In this document: positions 9,434 through 16,553 of the stretch, in pieces | How the letters are laid out: each line of letters starts with the position of its first letter | Position numbering within the stretch: the first letter of the stretch is position 1 | From: Candidatus Pelagibacter ubique HTCC1062 | Lineage (GTDB): Bacteria; Pseudomonadota; Alphaproteobacteria; Pelagibacterales; Pelagibacteraceae | Length of the DNA: 32,000 bases | NCBI RefSeq assembly: GCF_000012345.1 | Contig: NC_007205.1 | Location: forward strand, 750,001 to 782,000 | Direction of reading: 5' to 3' | The notes under the pieces: generated by a model | What the model saw: the letters and a program-made list of their open reading frames with translations, nothing else | The model's database searches: none | Told to the model about the DNA's origin: nothing | Made by a program: the position numbers and the translations under genes

Positions 9434-10141
9434 ATGATTGAATTAATTATAGCTTTTGGGGCTGGTTTAATCAGCTTTTTGTCTCCATGTGTTTTACCTT
9501 TAATACCTGGTTATGTTTCCTTTATTACTGGCAGTACATTAAGTGAAATTCTAGAAAAAAAGAAAATTGATTTATTACCGTTGATAGTTTTTTCATTAGG
9601 GTTTTCTTTTGTATTTATTATCTTTGGTGCAACTGCTTCTTTTTTGGGGCAAATTCTTTTACAAAATTCTCAAATTTTAAGAATTATTGCTGGAGTTATA
9701 ATAATCATATTTTCTCTTCAATTAATTGGTGTTTTAAATATTAAATTTCTTAACATTGAAAAGAAATTTTATACAAAAAAATCAAATAATATTTTCTTTA
9801 TATTTATTGTGGGAATGGCATTTGGCTTTGGATGGACACCATGTATTGGGCCTATTTTAGGGTCGATACTTGCCTTAGCCTCTACAGAAGAAACTATTTA
9901 CAAAGCAATTTTACTTTTAAGTTTTTACTCACTTGGGTTAGCGATACCTTTTATTTTATCAGGTTATTTGATGCAAAAGTTTTTATTATTTTCAAAAAAC
10001 TTCAAAAAAAATATTAATTTAGTCACAAAAGGTGGTGGTATAATACTTTTAATTACAGGAATTTTAATTTTAACAAATCAATTACAAGTTCTTGGCTACT
10101 ATATTTTAAACTATTTACCCTTTTTGCAAAACTTCGGTTAA
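9434..10141 (+). CDS. ccdA: Cytochrome c biogenesis thiol-disulfide transporter CcdA (DsbD-family membrane protein)
   Basis: Polytopic 235-aa membrane protein. The two conserved Cys-Pro motifs are present: FLSPCVLPLIPGY and GWTPCIGPILG. Confidence 0.85.
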   Translation: MIELIIAFGAGLISFLSPCVLPLIPGYVSFITGSTLSEILEKKKIDLLPLIVFSLGFSFVFIIFGATASFLGQILLQNSQILRIIAGVIIIIFSLQLIGVLNIKFLNIEKKFYTKKSNNIFFIFIVGMAFGFGWTPCIGPILGSILALASTEETIYKAILLLSFYSLGLAIPFILSGYLMQKFLLFSKNFKKNINLVTKGGGIILLITGILILTNQLQVLGYYILNYLPFLQNFG

Positions 10142-10164
10142 TAGGTTAATAACAATCTATACTT

Positions 10165-10746
10165 ATGAAAATTTATCAAATTGACTCAAGTGCCAGAAAA
10201 GAAGGATCAAGTTCAAGAGCATTAGCAAAAAAATTATTAAATAAAATCAAAAAACCAGGCGATGAAGTAATTTATAGAGATTTAGATGACGATATGCTTT
10301 TTGTTAGTGGTTTAACTGAGTCTGGAATGAAGATTGCAGAAAAAGACCAAACTGAAGAGCATAAAAAAATGTTTGAACTATCAGATAAACTTGTAAGTGA
10401 ATTAAAAGAAAGTGATATCATTATAATTTCAGCGCCAATTTATAACTATGGCCCTCCAGCAACTCTTAAAGCTTGGTGTGATCTAGCAGCAAGAATTGGT
10501 GAAACTTTCAAGTTTAAACCTAATGGGAGAAGAGAGGGATTACTTAAAAATAAACAAGCTTATTTAGTAATTACTTCAGGTGGAACTAAATTAAATAGCT
10601 CAGAGGATTTTTTAACTCCATGGTTAAAATTTATATTAAATTTCTTTGGAATTGAAAAAGTTGAAGTAATAAGTGCTGATCAAATGGCGTTAGATTATGA
10701 GAAATCAATTAAAGAAGCTGAAAAACAAATTGAAAATATAATTTAA
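10165..10746 (+). CDS. azoR: FMN-dependent NADH-azoreductase / flavodoxin-like fold reductase
   Basis: 193 aa, colinear with AzoR/AcpD: the SDKLVSELKESDIIIISAPIYNYG..ATLKAWCD pattern, LVITSGG and FLGF-like FFGIEKVEVI. Confidence 0.8.
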   Translation: MKIYQIDSSARKEGSSSRALAKKLLNKIKKPGDEVIYRDLDDDMLFVSGLTESGMKIAEKDQTEEHKKMFELSDKLVSELKESDIIIISAPIYNYGPPATLKAWCDLAARIGETFKFKPNGRREGLLKNKQAYLVITSGGTKLNSSEDFLTPWLKFILNFFGIEKVEVISADQMALDYEKSIKEAEKQIENII

Positions 10747-11552
10747 TGAATTTATTAAATAAAAAGGATTACAAGTTATATTCTAACTTTCTAAATACCT
10801 TAGCAAAATACTTAAATAAATTTTATTTTTCAAAACTTAATAAAACTTTCATGATATCTAACAAACTTAAAGGTAAAGGCTATGACCCAGTAACAACATC
10901 TGACAAAGCATTTGAAAAATTTATTAGATTAAAGATAAAAAAAAAATTTCCAAGTCATCAAGTTATAGGTGAAGAGTTTGGTCACAAAAAATCAACTAGT
11001 GATTACACATGGGTCATAGACCCAATTGATGGAACAAGATCATTTGTAATAGGCAATCCAACATGGAGTAATTTGATATCTTTAAATTTTAAAGGTATAC
11101 CCGTTATTGGTTTAGCAAACTTTCCAATACTAAATAAATATTATTTAAATTTTGATAATAAAAATTCTTTTGTTTTTGAAAAGGGTAAAAAAAGAAAAAT
11201 CTCTGTTTCAAAAAATATACCATTTAGTACGATAAAAGTATCAGGAGCATTTCATGGAGCGGTCTCTCTTAAACAACAAATGAAAATTCCAAAAGTTTTA
11301 AAATTAATGCAATTTCCAACTGCAGACGCATTAAGTTACTCCCATTTATGTGAGGGGAAAATTGATGTTGTCTTTCAGGCTACTAATAAAATTTGGGATA
11401 TTCACCCATTGATGCCAATTATAAAAGCTGCAGGAGGTATTGTTTCAACATGGGATAATAGAGACGCAGTTAATGCTGGAAATATTTTAGTTTCAGCTAA
11501 TCAATCTATTCATAATAAAATGCTTAAGCTTTTAAAACCAGTTTCAAAATAA
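10746..11552 (+). CDS. Inositol monophosphatase-family phosphatase (IMPase / possibly histidinol-phosphatase-like)
   Basis: Motifs: GEEFG, WVIDPIDGTRSF and WDIHP..PIIKAAGG. The start overlaps the azoR stop (TAATG). Confidence 0.8.
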   Translation: MNLLNKKDYKLYSNFLNTLAKYLNKFYFSKLNKTFMISNKLKGKGYDPVTTSDKAFEKFIRLKIKKKFPSHQVIGEEFGHKKSTSDYTWVIDPIDGTRSFVIGNPTWSNLISLNFKGIPVIGLANFPILNKYYLNFDNKNSFVFEKGKKRKISVSKNIPFSTIKVSGAFHGAVSLKQQMKIPKVLKLMQFPTADALSYSHLCEGKIDVVFQATNKIWDIHPLMPIIKAAGGIVSTWDNRDAVNAGNILVSANQSIHNKMLKLLKPVSK

Positions 11553-12113
11553 ATGCATACAAGAACTAAAAAGATATTAGATTTTTGGTTTAAAGAAACC
11601 CCACCAAAAAAAAGATTTCAAAGACATAAAGATTTTGATGCGCTAATAAAAAAGAATTTTTTAAAAGATTATGAGTTAGCAGGTTCAAATGAGTATGATG
11701 ATTGGCAAGATAGTCCCCTTGGTTCTTTAGCTCTAGTTATTTTATTTGATCAATTTTCAAGAAATATGTTTAGAGATGATCCGAAAGCTTTTATCCAAGA
11801 TCATAAAGCAAGGTTGATAGTTAACGATTCTGTTTATGCAGGCTTTTTAGATGAAATGGATCAAGATCAAAGATTGTTTATGATATTACCACTAATTCAC
11901 AGTGAAGAGATCACAGATCATGATATGGCCTATTATCTACTAGATAAATTCTTAAAAGATCATCCAGGTTTAATCTCTATAAAAAAATCTTGGAAAGATC
12001 ACACCTTAGTAATAAAGAAATTTCATAGATATCCTCATCGAAACTTAGTGTTAGTTAGAAAATCTACTCCTGAGGAAATAGAGTTTCTAGCTCAACCAAA
12101 TTCATCCTGGTAA
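11553..12113 (+). CDS. DUF924-family protein
   Basis: Typical DUF924 pattern: FWF......RF, ILFDQFSRNMFR and RYPHRN..L.R.ST.EE..FL. The ATG directly follows the preceding stop. Confidence 0.8.
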   Translation: MHTRTKKILDFWFKETPPKKRFQRHKDFDALIKKNFLKDYELAGSNEYDDWQDSPLGSLALVILFDQFSRNMFRDDPKAFIQDHKARLIVNDSVYAGFLDEMDQDQRLFMILPLIHSEEITDHDMAYYLLDKFLKDHPGLISIKKSWKDHTLVIKKFHRYPHRNLVLVRKSTPEEIEFLAQPNSSW

Positions 12114-12268
12114 AATGTTCACTAAATGAACAAATAAAATAAGCTATTCAATCTCTGCATTGCTGTAGTGACAATAAGTCATTTTAATATCTTAAAGTGC
12201 CGTCTATAAGGAGCCTACAAAATTCAAAAATTAACATTATCTTCTCTCTCTATTAGATAGTTAATATT

Positions 12269-12299
12269 AGCTTCCCTCGAAAGAGGGAAGTTTCTTATT
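12269..12299 (+). terminator. Rho-independent terminator-like hairpin with GAAA tetraloop
   Basis: The stem CTTCCCTC (12271-12278) pairs perfectly with GAGGGAAG (12283-12290) around the loop GAAA. TTTCTTATT follows on the + strand only. It is the most GC-rich stem in this AT-rich neighbourhood. Confidence 0.55.
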
Positions 12300-12332
12300 G
12301 TTAATATCCCCACTGAATAATATAAATTTTAA

Positions 12333-12677
12333 ATGAATTTCAAATTTGTTTATAAAATATGTACCAAATCTGAATGGCATGAAATTAAGAGCAAAGGTCA
12401 ATTAACAGGTTCTAAAAAAGATTTGGAAGATGGCTATATTCATTTTTCAGGTGATGATCAAGTTGCCGGAACTCTTAAAAAATTTTACCAAAACCAAAAA
12501 GATTTAATTTTATTAAAGGTAGATACTTTAAAACTAGATCATTTAGTTTGGGAACAAGCATCAGATGGAAATATGTTTCCACATTTATATTCACCACTAG
12601 ATATTTCTAATGTAGTAAATGAATTTGATATTACTTTAGATGATGAAGGCAATCATGTGTTGCCGGATATTTTTTGA
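12333..12677 (+). CDS. DUF952-family protein
   Basis: 114 aa with the DUF952 pattern: YKI....W......G......D...GYIHFS...Q...T..KF......L.LLK.D...L.....WE....G..FPHLY..L....V. Confidence 0.8.
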   Translation: MNFKFVYKICTKSEWHEIKSKGQLTGSKKDLEDGYIHFSGDDQVAGTLKKFYQNQKDLILLKVDTLKLDHLVWEQASDGNMFPHLYSPLDISNVVNEFDITLDDEGNHVLPDIF

Positions 12678-12744
12678 CCGCTTTTTTTTAAGGGGGTCAC
12701 CCTTTCGGTAAACTCCAAAAGAGTTCCCCTATAAGTCAGCGGTT
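12676..12744. other. GC-rich multi-stem structured element (candidate RNA structure; strand unresolved)
   Basis: Nested complementarity read by eye. GACCGCT (12676-82) pairs with AGCGGTT (12738-44), and GGGG (12693-96) with CCCC (12726-29). Two small hairpins lie inside: ACC/GGT at 12699-12709 and AACTC/GAGTT at 12711-12725. On the minus strand the first inner loop reads as a GAAA tetraloop. Confidence 0.3.
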
Positions 12745-12750
12745 TACGCT

Positions 12751-12779
12751 AAAATCTATAATAATAGATTTTTTATTTT
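12751..12779 (+). terminator. AT-rich hairpin plus T-tract (possible terminator of the DUF952 transcript)
   Basis: AAAATCTAT (12751-59) pairs with ATAGATTTT (12764-72) around the loop AATA, followed by TTATTTT. The stem is all A/T apart from one G-C pair, so it is weak. Confidence 0.35.
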
Positions 12780-13012
12780 CTATGGTCTTATCTAGTCTTT
12801 GATTATTTAATCACACCAGTTATGTGTCAGGTGGTGATAAATTCATAATCATCCTCCTTTATTGATATTCATATATTAGCATTTTTGAATACTCTATTCA
12901 AAATATTTATTTCACTTTATGTTAAATATATTTATTGAATGCAACCTAGCAAAACTGTAGGGTTTCGATAATTTTAGAAACTCTTCTAACTAATTTTATT
13001 TAAATAATTTTA

Positions 13013-13345
13013 TTAATTATTACCTAAAAGATTTACCATTAGTACACCCACAATAATAAAACATAAACCAACTATCGAATAAAGATTTGGAACTTGATTA
13101 TATTTGATTATGCCAACACCTACAGTTGAGATAATCGCAAGACCCGCAAATGATGCGTAAGTAATTCCCATTGGAATATTTTTCATCACCATTGATAAGG
13201 CATACATGCACAAAACTATAGTAATTGCCGTAATAATACTTGGAACAAGTAGAGTAAAACCTTCGGCGCTTTTTGCAAAACTATTTGAAGCAACACCTAG
13301 TACTACTGCTAAAGCTAGAAATAAGTAGGAAGTTGTCATATTCAT
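13013..13345 (-). CDS. SMR-like (small multidrug resistance fold) 4-TM membrane protein, subunit 2 of a pair; lacks the canonical TM1 glutamate
   Basis: 110 aa with four hydrophobic segments. It matches EmrE in register for L12-A13-x14-V15-x16-G17, KxxEGF, P.G..YA and a C-terminal ..G(V/I)L..N. Position 14 is Val. The start overlaps the upstream stop (TAATG). Confidence 0.8.
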   Translation of the reverse strand: MNMTTSYLFLALAVVLGVASNSFAKSAEGFTLLVPSIITAITIVLCMYALSMVMKNIPMGITYASFAGLAIISTVGVGIIKYNQVPNLYSIVGLCFIIVGVLMVNLLGNN

Positions 13346-13680
13346 TAATTAGTTTTTCCCATTGTATTTAATAATATAACACCAATAATAATTAAAGATA
13401 TTCCAAGAACAGCATAAAGGTTTGGTGTTTGATTGTATTTTACAACACCAAAGATTGTTACAGCTGTAATAGTGAGCCCCCCGTAAGTAGCGTAAGTAAA
13501 GCCAACGGGTATAATGGTCATTGCTTTAGATAAACAAAAGATACATGCAACAATTGTAATAATGCAAAAAATAGTAGGATAAATATTTGTAAAGCCATCT
13601 GTAGCTTTTAAGAAACCATTGGATGAAATACCAAGTATTATTGCTAATACTAGAAATATGTAGCCGCCAGTAAGATTCAT
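13345..13680 (-). CDS. SMR-like 4-TM membrane protein, subunit 1 of a pair; lacks the canonical TM1 glutamate
   Basis: 111 aa, paralogous to the downstream ORF, with the same SMR architecture. Position 14 is Ile. Confidence 0.8.
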   Translation of the reverse strand: MNLTGGYIFLVLAIILGISSNGFLKATDGFTNIYPTIFCIITIVACIFCLSKAMTIIPVGFTYATYGGLTITAVTIFGVVKYNQTPNLYAVLGISLIIIGVILLNTMGKTN

Positions 13681-13729
13681 CTAATTATCTTAAATGAAAT
13701 ATTGTTAGAGATATATAATTATTTAGATA

Positions 13730-13939
13730 TTACCACCAACCCATTACACGGCCGTTACCAGCAATAATTAATAGGCAAGTTAATACATGAAGTGCTATCC
13801 AAAATGTTCTAAAAGCTAATGCTTTTTTAACATCGTTTTGTTTTATAGGTAAAAATTCAGGTTTGTCTTTGTCATTAATACCTATGGGCATCCCAACTGT
13901 TCTTGCCCAAATTTTTAACCAACGTCTTTGACCAGTCAT
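13730..13939 (-). CDS. Hypothetical small membrane protein (69 aa, one C-terminal TM)
   Basis: ATG start 15 nt after the cysK stop and 49 nt before the SMR pair, on the same strand. It has a basic Trp-rich N-terminus and a TM segment FWIALHVLTCLLIIAG. I recognise no family, so coding status rests on operon position and ORF integrity. Confidence 0.45.
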   Translation of the reverse strand: MTGQRRWLKIWARTVGMPIGINDKDKPEFLPIKQNDVKKALAFRTFWIALHVLTCLLIIAGNGRVMGWW

Positions 13940-13954
13940 AATTTTTATCTAAAT

Positions 13955-14959
13955 TTAATCAATCCAATTGGGAAAAGGCAACCCTTTTTCCTCAAGAAAA
14001 GATTTGTTAAACATTTTGGTAGCGTATTTATCACTTTTATCACAAAGAATTGTTACAATAGTTTTTCCAGGACCCAACTCTTTACCCATTCTAATCGCAC
14101 CAGCAATATTAATTCCACAGCTAGTACCAAGGCTTAAGCCTTCATTTTCAATTAAATCATAAAGTATAGGAAGCGCTTCATGGTCATCAATAGAGTAGGC
14201 GTCATCTATCTTAGCATTTTCAAAGTTTTTTGTTACTCTACTTGATCCAATTCCTTCAGTAATTGAACCACCTTCAGATTTTAATTCTCCATTTTTTATA
14301 TAATTGTAAAGAGCAGATCCTTTTGGATCAGATAGAAATATTTTTATATCTTTATTTTTTTCTTTAAGAGCGTTACTTACTCCTGAAATCGTTCCACCTG
14401 TTCCAGATGAACATACAAAACCATCAACTTTACCTTCAGTTTGATCCCAAATTTCTTGTCCTGTTCCTTCATAATGACCCTTAGCATTTGCAACATTGTC
14501 AAACTGATTAGCCCAAACAACACCGTTATTATTTGATGGTCTTAATTCATCAGCAAGTTTTGCTGCAACTTTTACAAAGTTTGCATCATCTTTATAAGGT
14601 TTAGCTGGAACTAGTCTTAAATCAGCACCAATATTTCTAAGAAGATCTTTTTTTTCTTGTGTTTGGTTATCATTCATTACTATGATTGTTTTATAACCAA
14701 GTGAATTACCAAGTAGACATAAGCCAATACCAGTATTACCAGCAGTACCTTCAACAATTGTTCCACCTTTAGAAATTAATTTTTTGGTCTCTGCATCTTT
14801 AATTAAAGCAAGTGCCGCTCTATCTTTTACAGAGCCACCAGGGTTCATAAATTCAGCTTTACCATAAATATTACAACCAGTTATTTCTGATGCAGCTCTA
14901 AGTTTGATTAAAGGAGTGTTACCAATTCCAGAAATAAAATTGTCTTGAATATTTTTCAT
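13955..14959 (-). CDS. cysK: PLP-dependent cysteine synthase-family enzyme (O-acetylserine sulfhydrylase / CBS-like)
   Basis: 334 aa. Motifs: GNTPLI, the NPGGSVKDR PLP-lysine motif, EGTAGNTGIGL and SSGTGGTISG. It is translationally coupled to cysE (TAATG). Confidence 0.85.
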   Translation of the reverse strand: MKNIQDNFISGIGNTPLIKLRAASEITGCNIYGKAEFMNPGGSVKDRAALALIKDAETKKLISKGGTIVEGTAGNTGIGLCLLGNSLGYKTIIVMNDNQTQEKKDLLRNIGADLRLVPAKPYKDDANFVKVAAKLADELRPSNNNGVVWANQFDNVANAKGHYEGTGQEIWDQTEGKVDGFVCSSGTGGTISGVSNALKEKNKDIKIFLSDPKGSALYNYIKNGELKSEGGSITEGIGSSRVTKNFENAKIDDAYSIDDHEALPILYDLIENEGLSLGTSCGINIAGAIRMGKELGPGKTIVTILCDKSDKYATKMFNKSFLEEKGLPFPNWID

Positions 14960-15537
14960 TAGTTTGAAGTATCTTTATCTACCTCTTCTACCGCATAAGG
15001 TTTAAATTCTTCAGTTGCTGTACCAACATTTTTAGCGGGTATTCCAACCATTACTGCATTCTCAGGAACATCTTTAGTTACAACGGCGTTAGCTCCAATT
15101 TTAGCATGAGTGCCAATTATTACAGGGCCTAATATTTGTGCACCAGAACCAACTACAACACAATCACCTAATGTAGGGTGTCTTTTAACTTGTCTTTGGT
15201 CATTTGAATTAATACTTGGCGCAATCCCACCTAAAGTTGCCATATGATAAATGGTTACGTTATTTCCAATTGCTGAAGTTTCACCAATTACAACACCCAT
15301 ACCATGGTCAATAAATAAATTTTTTCCAATTTTAGCACCTGGGTGAATTTCTATTCCAGTTAAAAACCTAGAGAGTTGAGAAATCATTCTTGCAACCAAA
15401 TAAAATTTGGCTAGTTGAAAAAAATTTGCAATTCTGTGAAAAAAAACTGCTTTAACGCCTGGGTAAGTTAAAATTAAACTTAGTTTAGATTTTGCCGCAG
15501 GATCTCTATCAATTATAGATTGTAAAAAGTCGTTCAT
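14959..15537 (-). CDS. cysE: Serine O-acetyltransferase
   Basis: Motifs: [24 protein letters not shown]...[23 protein letters not shown] and hexapeptide repeats. Confidence 0.9.
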   Translation of the reverse strand: MNDFLQSIIDRDPAAKSKLSLILTYPGVKAVFFHRIANFFQLAKFYLVARMISQLSRFLTGIEIHPGAKIGKNLFIDHGMGVVIGETSAIGNNVTIYHMATLGGIAPSINSNDQRQVKRHPTLGDCVVVGSGAQILGPVIIGTHAKIGANAVVTKDVPENAVMVGIPAKNVGTATEEFKPYAVEEVDKDTSN

Positions 15538-15611
15538 TATTTGCTAATGTTGATTATAAATTTATAGTGGTTTATATAAGCTTTAAATAAGTAATTTAAA
15601 GAGGAAAATCT

Positions 15612-16022
15612 ATGTACAAAAACACCAACTGTTTTCATTTAGCAATACCTTGTGGCGATTTAGAGAAAGCAAAACATTTTTACAGTGAAATATTAGGGTG
15701 CAGATTAGATAACTCAGCTCAAGAATGGGCAGATGTAGATTTTTGGGGAAATGAATTAACTCTTCACGCAAGCGAGCATAAACTTGAAAGCGAAAGACAT
15801 GATGTTGATATGGGTAACGTTTCTGTTCCTCATTTCGGTGTACATTTATCTAGAGAAAATTTTGATGCTCTTAAAAGTAGACTAAGAGAAAAAAATACTA
15901 AATATTATGACGAACCTTATTTAAGATTTAAAGGAACAAAATATGAGCAAGAAACATTCTTTGTTAAAGATCCTAATGAAAATATTTTAGAGATCAAAAC
16001 ATTAACTGCAAATCCTGGCTAA
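15612..16022 (+). CDS. VOC-family (glyoxalase/bleomycin-resistance/dioxygenase fold) protein
   Basis: 136 aa. FHLAIPCGDLEKAKHFYSEILGC is the typical beta-alpha-beta-beta-beta N-terminal module, and there is a C-terminal F.VKDPNENILEIK. AAAGAGGA sits 7 nt before the ATG. Confidence 0.7.
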   Translation: MYKNTNCFHLAIPCGDLEKAKHFYSEILGCRLDNSAQEWADVDFWGNELTLHASEHKLESERHDVDMGNVSVPHFGVHLSRENFDALKSRLREKNTKYYDEPYLRFKGTKYEQETFFVKDPNENILEIKTLTANPG

Positions 16023-16030
16023 ACTTTTAA

Positions 16031-16501
16031 ATGACAAATAAAGTAGCTGCATACAGTGAAATTTTATATCATTTAATAAATTTTCGAACAGACCAATTCC
16101 AACAATTAAAAAAGATGTTAGGAATTGATTACGATTCTTTCATGATACTTTCTGTTATGGGGGCCCATTATTTAAAACATAGTGATAAGTTAGGATCAGA
16201 TTGGGAAGCTGTATGGAAAAATTTAAGAACATCAAAAATAGAGGAGTTTTATATAGCACGTAAGTTAACAATTTATGCTGTAGCAAATATTTTAAATTTA
16301 CCAAAAGAAACTGTTAGAAGAAAAATAGAAATTTTAAAAAAAAAAAAATTAATAAGTCATTCAACTAAAATGGGTCTTTTACCAACAAACAAAACCGAAG
16401 AAATAATGAAACCTTTTGCTGAAATTGAATTAAAAACTCTTTCAAAATTTCTAAAAAATCTAAAAAAAAATAACACTTTAGAAAAAGTTTTAAATTTCTA
16501 A
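16031..16501 (+). CDS. Hypothetical protein with winged-HTH-like segment (possible MarR-like regulator)
   Basis: 156 aa. LTIYAVANILNLPKETVRRKIEILKKKKLI has the pattern of an HTH recognition unit. The family assignment is tentative. Confidence 0.5.
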   Translation: MTNKVAAYSEILYHLINFRTDQFQQLKKMLGIDYDSFMILSVMGAHYLKHSDKLGSDWEAVWKNLRTSKIEEFYIARKLTIYAVANILNLPKETVRRKIEILKKKKLISHSTKMGLLPTNKTEEIMKPFAEIELKTLSKFLKNLKKNNTLEKVLNF

Positions 16502-16516
16502 TATTTGTAATACCTT

Positions 16517-16553
16517 TAAAACCTATTTTGGGTCTATAAAACCTAAATTGGGT
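16517..16553. repeat. Tandem 17-nt direct repeat (20-nt period) between the HTH-like gene and the barrel gene; second copy doubles as a weak terminator stem
   Basis: TAAAACCTATTTTGGGT (16517-33) and TAAAACCTAAATTGGGT (16537-53) match at 15 of 17 positions. Each has AACC..GGT dyad character. The second is followed by T9 (16553-61). Confidence 0.4.

Noticed and set aside
9832-10017. Same-strand alternative-frame ORF of 61 aa inside ccdA.
   Set aside because: It is fully embedded in the ccdA reading frame, which carries the conserved second Cys-Pro motif exactly there. There is no independent signal.
12820-12846. The mini-ORF as a tmRNA tag-peptide reading frame.
   Set aside because: The peptide MNLSPPDT does not end in the hydrophobic ..AA-type degron typical of tmRNA tags. 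It has its own SD and ATG, whereas tmRNA resume codons have neither. I could find no tRNA-like acceptor/T-arm sequence (GGTTCGAATCC-like) nearby.
12844-12862. Plus-strand ATCATCCTCCTTTAT resembles the 3' end of 16S rRNA (GATCACCTCCTTTCT), raising the idea of an rRNA fragment.
   Set aside because: The similarity is limited to about 15 nt, and nothing upstream resembles the 16S 3' domain. It is more simply the complement of a Shine-Dalgarno sequence on the minus strand.
13681-13729. Possible guanidine riboswitch (ykkC, mini-ykkC or ykkC-III) upstream of the SMR pair, since SMR/Gdx genes are classic targets.
   Set aside because: Only 49 nt of A/T-rich sequence precede the first SMR gene, and the pair is embedded in the cysEK operon. 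I found no ACGR-loop hairpins or ykkC-like GC-rich stems. The proteins also lack the Glu14 expected of guanidinium exporters.
13928-14162. Plus-strand ORFs 13928-14137 and 13968-14162, overlapping the 3' part of cysK and the start of the small membrane ORF.
   Set aside because: These are shadow frames of the well-supported minus-strand cysteine synthase gene, and I recognise no motifs in them.
15550-15578. Candidate promoter in the cysE/VOC divergent spacer: TTGATT, a 17-nt spacer, then TATATA.
   Set aside because: It is plausible, but hexamers like these occur by chance throughout roughly 25-30% GC DNA. Without transcript data I do not consider it supportable as a feature.
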